Of a DNA stretch of 64,000 bases, positions 23,303 through 37,322 are shown piece after piece; position 1 is the first letter of the stretch; every line of letters begins with the position of its first letter. Where the stretch lies: the NCBI RefSeq assembly GCF_058153355.1, contig NZ_CM177019.1. One strand, 5' to 3'. A program made the translations under genes and the position numbers. The notes beneath the pieces were generated by a model that saw only the letters and a list, made by a program, of their open reading frames with translations, was not told the DNA's origin and searched no databases.

Positions 23303-25075
23303 ATGCGTACAGAATATTGTGGACAGCTCCGTTTGTCCCACGTGGGGCAGCAGGTGACTCTGTGTGGTTGGGTCAACCGTCGTCGTGATCTTGGTAGCCT
23401 GATCTTCATCGATATGCGCGACCGCGAAGGTATCGTGCAGGTATTTTTCGATCCGGATCGTGCGGACGCGTTAAAGCTGGCCTCTGAACTGCGTAATGAG
23501 TTCTGCATTCAGGTCACGGGCACCGTACGTGCGCGTGACGAAAAAAATATCAACCGCGATATGGCGACCGGCGAAATCGAAGTGCTGGCCTCCTCGCTGA
23601 CCATCATCAACCGCGCAGACGTTCTGCCGCTTGACTCTAACCACGTCAACACCGAAGAAGCGCGTCTGAAATACCGCTACCTCGACCTGCGTCGCCCGGA
23701 AATGGCTCAGCGCCTGAAAACCCGCGCTAAAATCACCAGCCTGGTGCGCCGTTTTATGGATGACCACGGCTTCCTCGACATCGAAACTCCGATGCTGACC
23801 AAAGCCACGCCGGAAGGTGCGCGTGACTACCTGGTGCCTTCTCGTGTGCACAAAGGTAAATTCTACGCACTGCCGCAATCCCCGCAGTTGTTCAAACAGC
23901 TGCTGATGATGTCCGGTTTTGACCGCTACTATCAGATAGTCAAATGCTTCCGTGACGAAGACCTGCGCGCTGATCGTCAGCCTGAATTTACTCAGATCGA
24001 TGTGGAAACTTCTTTCATGACCGCGCCGCAAGTGCGTGAAGTGATGGAAGCGCTGGTGCGTCATCTGTGGCTGGAAGTGAAGGGCGTGGATCTGGGCGAT
24101 TTCCCGGTAATGACCTTTGCAGAAGCAGAACGCCGTTATGGTTCTGATAAACCGGATCTGCGTAACCCGATGGAACTGACTGACGTTGCCGATCTGCTGA
24201 AATCCGTTGAGTTCGCGGTATTCGCAGGTCCGGCGAACGATCCGAAAGGCCGCGTTGCTGCTCTGCGTGTTCCGGGTGGCGCATCGCTGACCCGTAAGCA
24301 GATCGACGAATACGGTAACTTCGTTAAAATCTACGGCGCGAAAGGTCTGGCGTACATCAAAGTTAACGAACGTGCGAAAGGTCTGGAAGGTATCAACAGC
24401 CCGGTAGCGAAGTTCCTCAACGCTGAAATCATCGAAGCCATCCTGGATCGTACTGCCGCGCAAGATGGCGATATGATTTTCTTCGGTGCTGATAACAAGA
24501 AAATTGTTGCCGACGCGATGGGCGCATTGCGTCTGAAAGTGGGTAAAGACCTTGGTCTGACCGACGAAAGCAAATGGGCACCGCTGTGGGTTATCGACTT
24601 CCCGATGTTTGAAGATGACGGTGAAGGCGGCCTGACGGCAATGCACCATCCGTTCACCTCACCGAAAGATATGACGGCGGCAGAGTTAAAAGCTGCACCG
24701 GAAAATGCGGTGGCGAACGCTTACGATATGGTCATCAATGGTTACGAAGTGGGCGGTGGTTCTGTGCGTATCCATAATGGGGATATGCAGCAGACGGTGT
24801 TTGGCATTCTGGGGATCAACGAAGAGGAACAGCGCGAGAAATTCGGCTTCCTGCTCGACGCCCTGAAATACGGTACTCCGCCGCACGCAGGTCTGGCATT
24901 CGGTCTTGACCGTCTGACCATGCTGCTGACCGGTACCGACAACATCCGTGACGTTATCGCCTTCCCGAAAACCACGGCGGCAGCGTGTCTGATGACCGAA
25001 GCGCCAAGCTTTGCTAACCCGACTGCCCTGTCCGAGCTGAGCATTCAGGTTGTGAAGAAGGCAGAGAATAATTGA
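23303..25075 (+). CDS. aspS: aspartate--tRNA ligase
   Basis: 590-aa product matching recalled E. coli AspS. Confidence 0.95.
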   Translation: MRTEYCGQLRLSHVGQQVTLCGWVNRRRDLGSLIFIDMRDREGIVQVFFDPDRADALKLASELRNEFCIQVTGTVRARDEKNINRDMATGEIEVLASSLTIINRADVLPLDSNHVNTEEARLKYRYLDLRRPEMAQRLKTRAKITSLVRRFMDDHGFLDIETPMLTKATPEGARDYLVPSRVHKGKFYALPQSPQLFKQLLMMSGFDRYYQIVKCFRDEDLRADRQPEFTQIDVETSFMTAPQVREVMEALVRHLWLEVKGVDLGDFPVMTFAEAERRYGSDKPDLRNPMELTDVADLLKSVEFAVFAGPANDPKGRVAALRVPGGASLTRKQIDEYGNFVKIYGAKGLAYIKVNERAKGLEGINSPVAKFLNAEIIEAILDRTAAQDGDMIFFGADNKKIVADAMGALRLKVGKDLGLTDESKWAPLWVIDFPMFEDDGEGGLTAMHHPFTSPKDMTAAELKAAPENAVANAYDMVINGYEVGGGSVRIHNGDMQQTVFGILGINEEEQREKFGFLLDALKYGTPPHAGLAFGLDRLTMLLTGTDNIRDVIAFPKTTAAACLMTEAPSFANPTALSELSIQVVKKAENN

Positions 25076-25076
25076 T

Positions 25077-25520
25077 ATGACTTATAAGCGTCCCGTTTCT
25101 ATTCTGGTGGTTATTTATGCGCAAGATACGAAACGGGTGCTGATGTTACAGCGGCGTGATGATCCCGATTTCTGGCAGTCGGTAACCGGCAGTGTGGAAG
25201 AGGGGGAAACCGCGCCGCAAGCCGCCATGCGCGAAGTAAAGGAAGAGGTCACCATTGATGTTGTCGCTGAACAACTGACCTTAATTGACTGTCAGCGCAC
25301 GGTGGAGTTTGAAATTTTTTCACATTTACGTCATCGCTATGCGCCGGGCGTAACGCGTAATACGGAATCTTGGTTCTGTCTTGCACTCCCGCACGAGCGC
25401 CAGATCGTTTTCACTGAACATCTGGCCTACAAGTGGCTTGATGCGCATGCTGCGGCGGCGCTCACAAAGTCATGGAGCAACCGGCAGGCGATTGAACAGT
25501 TTGTAATTAACGCTGCCTGA
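25077..25520 (+). CDS. nudB: dihydroneopterin triphosphate diphosphatase (Nudix)
   Basis: Nudix box present; position after aspS. Confidence 0.85.
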
Positions 25521-25548
25521 ACAGGCAGGGCTACCTGGAGATATTTTT

Positions 25549-26289
25549 ATGGCAGGTCATAGTAAATGGGCCAACACCAGACATCGTAAAGCTGCGCAGG
25601 ATGCTAAGCGCGGTAAAATCTTCACTAAAATCATTCGTGAACTGGTAACCGCGGCTAAGTTGGGCGGTGGCGATCCGGATGCTAACCCGCGTCTGCGAGC
25701 AGCCATTGATAAAGCACTGTCTAACAACATGACCCGTGACACCCTGAACCGCGCAATTGCCCGTGGTGTGGGTGGTGATGATGATGCAAACATGGAAACC
25801 ATCATCTACGAAGGTTACGGTCCTGGCGGCACGGCAATCATGATTGAATGTCTGTCTGATAACCGCAACCGTACCGTTGCTGAAGTGCGTCACGCATTCA
25901 GCAAATGTGGCGGTAACCTCGGTACTGATGGTTCCGTAGCCTATCTGTTCAGCAAAAAAGGCGTGATCTCCTTCGAGAAAGGCGATGAAGACACCATCAT
26001 GGAAGCAGCTCTGGAAGCTGGTGCTGAAGATGTTGTGACCTATGATGATGGCGCGATTGACGTCTACACTGCATGGGAGGAAATGGGCAAAGTACGCGAC
26101 GCTCTGGAAGCGGCAGGTCTGAAAGCAGACAGCGCGGAAGTTTCCATGATCCCGTCCACCAAAGCTGATATGGATGCAGAAACCGCACCGAAACTGATGC
26201 GTCTGATCGATATGCTGGAAGATTGCGACGACGTGCAGGAAGTCTACCATAACGGTGAAATCTCTGATGAGGTTGCAGCGACTCTCTGA
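25549..26289 (+). CDS. yebC: YebC/PmpR-family transcriptional regulator
   Basis: [10 protein letters not shown]-terminus typical of YebC family; 246 aa. Confidence 0.9.
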
Positions 26290-26323
26290 TGAGGCCTGCT
26301 AAACAGCAAAACGGAGACGCGTG

Positions 26324-26845
26324 ATGGCTATTATTCTCGGCATTGACCCGGGTTCGCGCGTGACCGGCTATGGCGTCATCCGCCAGGTGGGCAGGCAGCT
26401 GTCCTACCTGGGTAGCGGATGTATACGCACCAAAGTGGATGATTTACCGTCTCGTCTTAAGCTCATCTATGCGGGCGTGACGGAAATCATCACCCAGTTC
26501 CAGCCTGATTATTTCGCCATTGAACAAGTCTTTATGGCTAAAAATGCCGACTCGGCCCTGAAGCTGGGGCAGGCGCGTGGCGTGGCGATTGTGGCGGCGG
26601 TGAATCAGGAATTACCGGTATTTGAATACGCGGCACGTCAGGTAAAGCAAACGGTGGTAGGTATTGGTAGTGCCGAAAAAAGCCAGGTGCAGCATATGGT
26701 TCGCACCTTGCTGAAACTCCCCGCTAATCCTCAGGCGGATGCCGCTGATGCGCTGGCAATTGCCATCACCCACTGCCACGTTAGTCAGAATGCGATGCAG
26801 ATGAGCGAATCGCGGCTGAACCTGGCGAGAGGGCGACTGCGTTAA
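26324..26845 (+). CDS. ruvC: Holliday junction resolvase RuvC
   Basis: [18 protein letters not shown]-terminus; 173 aa. Confidence 0.9.
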
Positions 26846-26846
26846 G

Positions 26847-27449
26847 TTATACCGCCTCGGTCAATTCAGGCTGAGGCGTTTCTACTCCCTCCGCATGAAT
26901 CAACACCAAACCCGGATGATGCCACAAACTGGCTGGCGTGACGGTTTTACGCTCCCACGGAATCGAACCTAAAAACCAGAATTTCCAGAAAGTGAGTTTT
27001 GCATTCGGATTGCTATTTAACAGTTCTCCAAACGTCTCAATTTCACCCACCGGGATACATAGCGCCTCTTTATAAATATCAAAAACGAATTTTGAACAGA
27101 ACTGGCGGGAAGATTCGTATTTAAAACCGGTGTGGTAGAACTTATGCAACCGGGCAGGGACCTTTTCGACAAGAGCAAGTTTCTGCTCTTCGGTTAAACC
27201 TCCTGCCAGGCGGCGAACACCGTAGCGTTGATCGGTCGACCGTTCAATAAATCGTGACAAAGTTGTGATTGTGGAGAGCGGAACTCGACTCTCCGCAACC
27301 AGGTAATCATCACCGTCATGTCCGATGATTATCCCCACATGGTTGCTCCAGCATTTCGAGGCAGCAGAGATTTGCCCAAACAGGCGAGCACCGATGCAGG
27401 TAAAAACAATATCACCGGTTTCATATTTAGCTGGGTAATTTATTTTCAC
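26847..27449 (-). CDS. yebB: YebB-family protein
   Basis: 200-aa ORF convergent with ruvC at the expected position. Confidence 0.7.
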   Translation of the reverse strand: MKINYPAKYETGDIVFTCIGARLFGQISAASKCWSNHVGIIIGHDGDDYLVAESRVPLSTITTLSRFIERSTDQRYGVRRLAGGLTEEQKLALVEKVPARLHKFYHTGFKYESSRQFCSKFVFDIYKEALCIPVGEIETFGELLNSNPNAKLTFWKFWFLGSIPWERKTVTPASLWHHPGLVLIHAEGVETPQPELTEAV

Positions 27450-27542
27450 TATATCAATCCATTATTTATATATAAAACAGCATCTATCTTTCGTGATGGT
27501 AAAGCATTAGCATTGTATTGTAATCATGACAAGGAATGTTTT

Positions 27543-28256
27543 ATGCGGTTATTTGTTAATGTGATAATTATAGTTTCGATCAGTCAATGCGTGAATGTAT
27601 TTGCTCAAGATAATGTCATTCGCTATCCCTGGCGATATGGACGTATTTCTTTAAATGAGAATAATGAGTTTGTGCCTCAAATTATTCATATGCGTGATGA
27701 TATCTACGGCGTGGGTGAAGCTGGTGCAAGCCTTAACGATGCGAGAATGGCGCAAAGTGGTGTCACCGTGAGGCTTAGCGTTATACAGCAGGGGCAGGTG
27801 GTGAATGCTTTACTGGATTTCTACAATAGCAATAATCAACCTGCTTATATCTTTGAAGGTGGTTTGATGCCTTGCAATAAAGCCTTTGACATCACAACAA
27901 GCAACATTGTCCTTGATGGGATGTGTGGAATTTATGATGGGGTCGATGGCTGGCAAGTTATTCCTGCGGGTGATCATTATAAAGAATCATTTTCACTCAC
28001 TCAGGCTTTTGAATTTCTGCCGGGAAAACATCATTATAAAATTAATGCCGGAAGTTTTATCATCAGAGTGGGGGATGATATTTTTGCAAGAGAGGACGCC
28101 GAAAGCATTCTTTTTGATTTGATTAACTGGCGATATGGCTATGTGCTAAAAAGTTATGAAAGGGTGTCGAAGGGGGATTTGATGGCAGGATATTATGCTC
28201 TGTATGAATACTCAGGCGCTGACATAATTGATGAGTATGATATTTACTCAAACTAG
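27543..28256 (+). CDS. hypothetical secreted protein, 237 aa, low-GC
   Basis: AAGGA then ATG at 27543; N-terminal signal-peptide-like segment; AT-rich codon usage unlike neighbours. Confidence 0.5.
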   Translation: MRLFVNVIIIVSISQCVNVFAQDNVIRYPWRYGRISLNENNEFVPQIIHMRDDIYGVGEAGASLNDARMAQSGVTVRLSVIQQGQVVNALLDFYNSNNQPAYIFEGGLMPCNKAFDITTSNIVLDGMCGIYDGVDGWQVIPAGDHYKESFSLTQAFEFLPGKHHYKINAGSFIIRVGDDIFAREDAESILFDLINWRYGYVLKSYERVSKGDLMAGYYALYEYSGADIIDEYDIYSN

Positions 28257-28404
28257 GTCTCGATTGATCTTAATGGTGACGAGTTAGCGCATACGGAGTC
28301 ATATCAGTGGCGTATTGATAGTGGAATGATCCCGCAAAAATTCAGCGTTCAGGGACTCGCTGAATGATTAGTCCTCTACCTGCTTGCCAGATACAGAGGC
28401 GCGG

Positions 28405-28989
28405 ATGAATTTATCAAGCGTATTCAATCAGCTTTTAATCTCATTTGCTCTTGCCGGGACGTTGATATTAAGCATCTATCTCATGGAAGCTCACTACCCA
28501 CGTTTCAGGAAGCCAATTGCGCTCTTTTACTTCTTTTTAGCGATTTATACCAGTTATGCTGCCGTTCTGGAGTATGAGTACCACCGCAATAGCTTGACTA
28601 CGCTCGCAAAAGTTTCTTCGGTTCGTTATACCAGTAATTTTGAGCGTAGCGCCTCGCACTCCTGCAATTTACTGCGGGGAGGAAGGATTGATTGCACGGG
28701 GCTGTATGCCTATGACCTGACCTGGCAGATTGACGGTAAGACCTGGAATTTGCATGTTGAGGACAAGCGTATAAAACCAGGATTCACCATGTGCGTGAAG
28801 GTTGTAAAAGATCGCCCCGCCATCGGGAAACCCTGTGAAAACGTGTTTTTCAATATCAGCCCTTTGCCGATTCTGATAGCTATATGGGCAATAAGCGCAT
28901 TTATATTTGCGGTCTTACTCCTTCACCAACTAAAAAAATGCCGCGAATGGAAGCACGCCAGCAAGGAACGTGGAAAAATTGGCCATTAG
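28405..28989 (+). CDS. hypothetical membrane protein, 194 aa, low-GC
   Basis: GAGG then ATG at 28405; two N-terminal and one C-terminal hydrophobic segments flanking a Cys-containing central domain. Confidence 0.5.
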   Translation: MNLSSVFNQLLISFALAGTLILSIYLMEAHYPRFRKPIALFYFFLAIYTSYAAVLEYEYHRNSLTTLAKVSSVRYTSNFERSASHSCNLLRGGRIDCTGLYAYDLTWQIDGKTWNLHVEDKRIKPGFTMCVKVVKDRPAIGKPCENVFFNISPLPILIAIWAISAFIFAVLLLHQLKKCREWKHASKERGKIGH

Positions 28990-29089
28990 AAGTCAAAGAA
29001 AGAGTGCGATGTAAGGTGATTCATAGAAAATTTCAGATACCGTGAGCCAAAGGATTATCAGTTCTGAAATGATTTAATATCATCCCTCG

Positions 29090-29105
29090 CTGGATATCTA
29101 TCCAG
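29090..29105 (+). promoter_or_regulatory. LexA box of the ruvAB operon
   Basis: CTGGATATCTATCCAG palindrome about 50 bp upstream of ruvA. Confidence 0.7.
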
Positions 29106-29156
29106 CATTTTTTTATCATACAGCATTATCTTTGATTCATTACGCAGGAGCGTCAT

Positions 29157-29768
29157 GTGATAGGCAGACTCAGAGGCATCATCATTGAAAAACAACCCCC
29201 GCTGGTATTAATTGAAGTGGGCGGCGTAGGCTATGAAGTGCATATGCCGATGACCTGTTTTTATGAACTCCCTGAAGCGGGTCAGGAAGCGATCGTTTTC
29301 ACCCACTTTGTGGTGCGTGAAGACGCGCAACTGCTGTACGGTTTTAACAATAAACAAGAGCGCACGTTGTTCAAAGAGTTGATCAAAACCAACGGCGTTG
29401 GGCCTAAACTGGCATTGGCAATCCTCTCCGGAATGTCAGCGCAGCAGTTCGTTAATGCCGTTGAGCGTGAAGAAGTCGGGGTTCTGGTGAAACTGCCGGG
29501 TATTGGCAAAAAAACCGCCGAACGCTTGATTGTCGAAATGAAAGACCGATTTAAAGGTTTACATGGCGATCTCTTTACGCCAGCTGCCGACCTGGTACTC
29601 ACGTCACCTGCGAGCCCGGCGACCGACGATGCTGAACAGGAAGCGGTTGCCGCGCTGGTGGCGCTGGGCTATAAACCACAAGAAGCAAGCCGCATGGTGA
29701 GCAAAATCGCTCGCCCTGACGCCAGCAGTGAAACATTAATTCGCGAAGCCCTGCGCGCCGCGTTATGA
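29157..29768 (+). CDS. ruvA: Holliday junction helicase subunit RuvA
   Basis: GTG start; [15 protein letters not shown]; 203 aa. Confidence 0.95.
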   Translation: MIGRLRGIIIEKQPPLVLIEVGGVGYEVHMPMTCFYELPEAGQEAIVFTHFVVREDAQLLYGFNNKQERTLFKELIKTNGVGPKLALAILSGMSAQQFVNAVEREEVGVLVKLPGIGKKTAERLIVEMKDRFKGLHGDLFTPAADLVLTSPASPATDDAEQEAVAALVALGYKPQEASRMVSKIARPDASSETLIREALRAAL

Positions 29769-29773
29769 GGTAA

Positions 29774-30787
<1,014 letters not shown>

Positions 30788-30825
30788 GTTGAATAAGGCA
30801 TTCAAGCCGCTTCCGACATTGGCGA

Positions 30826-32085
<1,260 letters not shown>

Positions 32086-32158
32086 CATGCCTGCAATCTG
32101 GGAAACCGGGGTAGAAAAAAACTTGCAGGCCATAACAGTATCTACCAAAAGTAGCGAA

Positions 32159-32196
32159 CCGTAGGTCGGATAAGGCGCTCGCGCCGCATCCGACAA
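32159..32196. repeat. REP element (right half of the IS insertion target)
   Basis: GTAGGTCGGATAAGGCGCTCGCGCCGCATCCGACA. Confidence 0.6.
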
Positions 32197-32213
32197 ATGT
32201 GTTCAGCGACAGA

Positions 32214-32999
32214 TTAGCTGGCTTGCTTTTTCATCATACTGATAATAAATAACAGTGCCGCACATAGCACTACCGACGGACCCGCCGGCGTATCGTAAAA
32301 TGCGGAAAAGGTTAAACCGCCAGTTACTGCCACCATTCCCACCAAAACAGCGACACCGGCCATCTGTTCCGGCGTGCGGGCAAAGCGACGCGCTGTAGCT
32401 GCAGGAATAATCAGCAGCGAAGTAATAATCAACGCGCCGACAAATTTCATCGCTACACCAATCGTCAATGCTGTCACCAGCATCAACAACAATTTCACGC
32501 GCTGTAATTTCACACCATCAACAAACGCCAGATCCGGGCTAATCGTCATTGACAGCAAATTGCGCCATTGCCAGAACAGAATCGCCACCACGATGACCAC
32601 GCCAATCGCAATAGAGATGAGATCTTCTGGCGTCACTGCCAGCAAATCACCGAACAGGTAAGCCATCAAATCAACACGAATGTTAGACATCAGACTAACG
32701 ACCACCAGGCCCAGCGACAGGGCACTGTGCGCCATAATCCCTAATAACGTGTCGATCGCCAGCTGTGGGCGCTTCTCCAGCCATACCAGACCGCCCGCCA
32801 GCAGCAGCGTAACCGCAATCACCGCATAGAATGGATTAACGTCCAGCAACAAACCAAACGCGACGCCAAGTAACGAGGCATGAGCCAGTGTATCACCGAA
32901 ATAAGACATACGACGCCAGACCACAAACGAACCCAGCGGACCCGCGGCACAGGCGAGCATGATCCCGGCTAACCAACCAGGAAATAATAATTCAATCAT
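32214..32999 (-). CDS. znuB: zinc ABC transporter permease
   Basis: 261-aa polytopic membrane protein. Confidence 0.9.
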
Positions 33000-33751
33000 G
33001 AGCGATCATTTCCCCGACGCAAAACAATTCGTCCCTGTAAATCGTGACGATGATTATGATGATGGCGATAGATACCCAGTTGTTCAGCACCACGAGGACC
33101 AAACATAGAAATAAACTCCGGATGCAGGGAAACAACTTCCGGTGTGCCGGAACAACAAATGTGGTGATTCAGGCAAAGCACTTCATCGGTTTTTGCCATT
33201 ACCAGATGCAGATCGTGAGAGACCATTAAAACGCCACAATCCAGTTCGCGACGCAACTGGTCAATAAGGTCATATAACGCCACCTGACCATTCACATCCA
33301 CGCCCTGAGTGGGTTCATCCAGCACTAATAATTGCGGTCGATTTAACAATGCTCGCGCTAACAATACACGCTGTGTTTCGCCACCCGAGAGCTTTTGCAT
33401 CGGTGCGTTAATCAGATGCCCGGCCTGGACACGTTTCAGTGCAGGCAAAATATCTTCTTTATGTGTGCCAGGGCGTAAGCGTAAAAATCGATTTACGGTC
33501 AGTGGCAATGTGGTGTCGAGATACAGCTTCTGCGGTACGTAGCCGATGCGCAGTTTTCCGTTGCGCTTGATAACCCCTTCATCGGGTGTTACCAGTCCGA
33601 GCACTACCCGTACCAGTGTCGACTTACCTGCGCCATTTGGCCCAAGTAAAGTTAAAATTTTTCCAGGTTTAAGTTCCAGCGACACATCAGAGAGGACGCG
33701 GCGTTGGCCGAAAGAAACCGAGACATTTTCCAGGGAAACCAGACTTGTCAT
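32996..33751 (-). CDS. znuC: zinc ABC transporter ATPase
   Basis: Walker [10 protein letters not shown] and LSGGE signature. Confidence 0.9.
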
Positions 33752-33776
33752 GTTAATTTTAGTCTTGCAGTAGTCA

Positions 33777-33796
33777 TGAAATGTTATAATATCACA
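33777..33796. promoter_or_regulatory. Zur box in the divergent znuA / znuCB promoter region
   Basis: TGAAATGTTATAATATCACA palindrome between divergent genes. Confidence 0.7.
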
Positions 33797-33829
33797 CTTC
33801 TCATATTCATTACGATGATTGGTCGCATT

Positions 33830-34762
33830 ATGTTACATAAAAAAACGCTTCTTTTCGCAGCATTATCCGCCGCTCTCTGGGGGGGGGCAACACAGGCCGC
33901 AGATGCTGCCGTTGTCGCTTCGCTTAAACCCGTTGGGTTCATCGCTTCTGCCATTGCTGATGGGGTAACAGAAACGGAGGTTTTACTACCTGACGGCGCT
34001 TCAGAACATGATTATTCACTGCGTCCATCAGATGTAAAACGCTTACAGAACGCGGACTTAGTCGTTTGGGTTGGCCCGGAGATGGAAGCGTTCATGCAAA
34101 AACCGGTAAGTAAATTACCTGAAGCGAAACAGGTAACGATTGCGCAGCTAGAGAATGTGAAACCGCTGCTGATGAAAAGTATTCACGGCGATGATGATGA
34201 TCACGACCACGCGGAAAAAAGTGACGAAGATCACCATCACGGCGATTTCAACATGCATCTTTGGCTTTCCCCAGAGATAGCGCGGGCTACAGCGGTTGCA
34301 ATCCATGGAAAATTAGTGGAATTTATGCCGCAAAGTCGAGCCAAACTTGACGCCAACCTGAAGGATTTTGAGGCACAATTAGCCTCAACCGAAAAGCAGG
34401 TTGGTAACGAGCTCGCGCCGCTCAAGGGGAAAGGTTATTTCGTTTTTCACGATGCTTACGGCTATTTCGAAAAACAGTTCGGACTGACACCGCTTGGTCA
34501 TTTTACCGTTAACCCTGAGATTCAACCTGGCGCGCAGAGTTTACATGAAATAAGAACACAGTTGGTTGAGCAAAAAGCAACCTGCGTTTTTGCTGAGCCA
34601 CAGTTCAGGCCAGCGGTCGTTGAGAGCGTCGCTCGAGGGACATCCGTTCGTATGGGAACGTTGGATCCCCTGGGGACGAATATCAAACTGGGTAAAACAA
34701 GCTATTCAGAATTCCTGAATCAATTAGCCAACCAGTATGCGAGCTGCCTGAAAGGAGATTAA
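33830..34762 (+). CDS. znuA: zinc ABC transporter periplasmic binding protein
   Basis: Signal peptide then His/Asp-rich loop ([22 protein letters not shown]); ATG at 33830. Confidence 0.9.
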
Positions 34763-34777
34763 TGAGGAAGTGATTAC

Positions 34778-36100
34778 GTGCAACAGATAGCCCGCTCTGT
34801 CGCCCTGGCGTTTAATAATTTACCGCGACCACACCGCGTTATGTTGGGGTCGCTCACCGTTCTTACTCTGGCCGTCGCTGTCTGGCGGCCCTATGTTTAT
34901 CACCGCGATGCCACGCCAATTGTCAAAACCATTGAGCTGGAACAGAACGAAATTCGTTCGCTCTTACCTGAAGCCAGTGAGCCGATTGATCAAGCTGCAC
35001 AAGAAGATGAAGCCATTCCCCAGGATGAACTGGATGACAAAATCGCCGGTGAAGCGGGCGTGCATGAATATGTTGTTTCCACTGGCGATACGCTAAGCAG
35101 CATTCTCAATCAGTATGGTATTGATATGGGTGATATCACCCAACTGGCTGCTGCCGACAAAGAATTGCGTAACCTGAAAATCGGTCAACAACTTTCCTGG
35201 ACATTAACCGCGGACGGCGAATTGCAGCGCCTTACCTGGGAAGTATCTCGTCGGGAAACCCGAACCTATGACCGCACTGCCGCTAACGGTTTTAAAATGA
35301 CCAGCGAAATGCAGCAAGGGGAATGGGTTAACAATCTGCTGAAAGGTACCGTCGGAGGAAGTTTTGTTGCCAGCGCCAGAAACGCCGGTTTAAGCAGCGC
35401 CGAAGTGAGCGCTGTGATTAAAGCTATGCAGTGGCAAATGGACTTCCGCAAACTGAAAAAAGGCGATGAATTTGCGGTGTTAATGTCACGAGAAATGCTT
35501 GATGGCAAACGTGAGCAAAGTCAGCTGCTGGGCGTACGTTTGCGTTCAGAAGGTAAAGATTATTACGCAATCCGCGCTGAAGATGGCAAATTCTACGACC
35601 GTAACGGCACTGGTCTGGCGAAAGGATTCTTGCGATTCCCGACGGCGAAACAATTCCGTATCTCTTCTAACTTTAACCCGCGTCGTACTAACCCGGTGAC
35701 TGGTCGCGTTGCACCGCACAGAGGTGTTGATTTCGCCATGCCACAGGGTACGCCAGTACTTTCAGTGGGTGACGGTGAAGTGGTGGTTGCCAAACGCAGT
35801 GGCGCAGCAGGTTATTATGTGGCTATTCGTCATGGTCGTAGCTACACCACGCGTTATATGCACTTGCGTAAGATTCTGGTGAAACCAGGACAGAAGGTGA
35901 AACGTGGCGACCGTATCGCGCTTTCCGGTAATACCGGACGTTCAACCGGGCCGCATCTGCACTATGAAGTATGGATAAACCAGCAGGCCGTAAACCCGCT
36001 GACGGCAAAACTGCCGCGTACCGAAGGGCTGACCGGCTCCGATCGTCGCGAATTCCTGGCGCAGGCCAAAGAGATTGTGCCGCAGCTACGGTTTGATTAA
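34778..36100 (+). CDS. mepM: murein DD-endopeptidase MepM (LysM and M23 peptidase domains)
   Basis: GTG start; M23 motifs HRGVDFA and GPHLHYE. Confidence 0.9.
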   Translation: MQQIARSVALAFNNLPRPHRVMLGSLTVLTLAVAVWRPYVYHRDATPIVKTIELEQNEIRSLLPEASEPIDQAAQEDEAIPQDELDDKIAGEAGVHEYVVSTGDTLSSILNQYGIDMGDITQLAAADKELRNLKIGQQLSWTLTADGELQRLTWEVSRRETRTYDRTAANGFKMTSEMQQGEWVNNLLKGTVGGSFVASARNAGLSSAEVSAVIKAMQWQMDFRKLKKGDEFAVLMSREMLDGKREQSQLLGVRLRSEGKDYYAIRAEDGKFYDRNGTGLAKGFLRFPTAKQFRISSNFNPRRTNPVTGRVAPHRGVDFAMPQGTPVLSVGDGEVVVAKRSGAAGYYVAIRHGRSYTTRYMHLRKILVKPGQKVKRGDRIALSGNTGRSTGPHLHYEVWINQQAVNPLTAKLPRTEGLTGSDRREFLAQAKEIVPQLRFD

Positions 36101-36219
36101 TTAACATCCATTCGCAGCCGGTACGCAGTCAGTACCGGCTTTTTTTATTTGGTGCGGGGCAAGTTGCGCCGCTACACTATCACCAGATTGATTTTTGCCT
36201 TATCCGAAACTGGAAAAGC

Positions 36220-37191
36220 ATGGAAACGAAAAAAAATAATAGCGAATACATTCCTGAGTTTGATAAATCCTTTCGCCATCCTCGCTACTGGGGAGCATGG
36301 CTGGGCGTAGCAGCGATGGCGGGTATCGCTTTAACACCGCCAAAGTTCCGCGATCCCATTCTGGCACGGCTGGGACGTTTTGCCGGACGACTGGGAAAAA
36401 GCTCACGCCGTCGTGCGTTAATCAATCTGTCGCTCTGCTTTCCAGAACGTAGTGAAGCCGAGCGCGAAGCGATTGTTGATGAGATGTTTGCCACCGCGCC
36501 GCAAGCGATGGCAATGATGGCTGAGTTGGCAATACGCGGGCCGGAGAAAATTCAGCCGCGCGTTGACTGGCAAGGGCTGGAGATCATCGAAGAGATGCGG
36601 CGTAATAACGAGAAAGTGATTTTTCTGGTGCCGCACGGCTGGGCCGTCGATATCCCGGCCATGCTGATGGCCTCGCAAGGGCAGAAAATGGCAGCGATGT
36701 TCCATAATCAGGGCAACCCGGTTTTTGATTATGTCTGGAACACGGTGCGTCGTCGCTTTGGCGGTCGTCTGCATGCGAGAAATGATGGTATTAAACCATT
36801 CATCCAGTCGATACGTCAGGGCTACTGGGGATATTATTTACCCGATCAGGATCATGGCCCCGAGCACAGCGAATTTGTTGATTTCTTTGCCACCTATAAA
36901 GCGACGTTGCCCGCGATTGGTCGTTTGATGAAAGTGTGTCGTGCGCGCGTTGTACCGCTGTTTCCGATTTATGATGGCAAGACGCATCGTCTGACGATTC
37001 AGGTGCGCCCACCGATGGATGATCTGTTAGAGGCGGATGACCATACGATTGCGCGGCGGATGAATGAAGAAGTCGAGATTTTTGTTGGTCCGCGACCAGA
37101 ACAATACACCTGGATATTAAAATTGCTGAAAACTCGCAAACCGGGCGAAATCCAACCGTATAAGCGCAAGGATCTTTATCCCATCAAATAA
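36220..37191 (+). CDS. lpxM: lipid A myristoyltransferase
   Basis: 323-aa late acyltransferase-like product at the expected position. Confidence 0.9.
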   Translation: METKKNNSEYIPEFDKSFRHPRYWGAWLGVAAMAGIALTPPKFRDPILARLGRFAGRLGKSSRRRALINLSLCFPERSEAEREAIVDEMFATAPQAMAMMAELAIRGPEKIQPRVDWQGLEIIEEMRRNNEKVIFLVPHGWAVDIPAMLMASQGQKMAAMFHNQGNPVFDYVWNTVRRRFGGRLHARNDGIKPFIQSIRQGYWGYYLPDQDHGPEHSEFVDFFATYKATLPAIGRLMKVCRARVVPLFPIYDGKTHRLTIQVRPPMDDLLEADDHTIARRMNEEVEIFVGPRPEQYTWILKLLKTRKPGEIQPYKRKDLYPIK

Positions 37192-37216
37192 AAAAAGCCT
37201 CTCGCGAGGAGAGGCT
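37191..37216 (-). terminator. rho-independent terminator downstream of pykA
   Basis: GCCTCTC-GCGAG-GAGAGGC hairpin preceded by an A-run on the plus strand. Confidence 0.5.
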
Positions 37217-37281
37217 TCCGCCGTGTGATAAGTTCAAGTTTGCTTCAGAAGATTCGAAATCTGTTGAACTATCATTGAACT

Positions 37282-37316
37282 GTAGGCCGGATGAGGCGTT
37301 TTCGCCGCATCCGGCA
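37282..37316. repeat. REP element
   Basis: GTAGGCCGGATGAGGCGTTTTCGCCGCATCCGGCA. Confidence 0.6.
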
Positions 37317-37322
37317 ACGTAC

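Noticed and set aside
23471-24649. 392-aa ORF on the minus strand
   Set aside because: Antisense to aspS, a highly conserved gene; product is compositionally odd (His/Arg/Phe-rich).
25531-26250. 239-aa ORF on the minus strand
   Set aside because: Antisense to yebC; no start context.
36418-36774. 118-aa ORF on the minus strand
   Set aside because: Antisense to lpxM.
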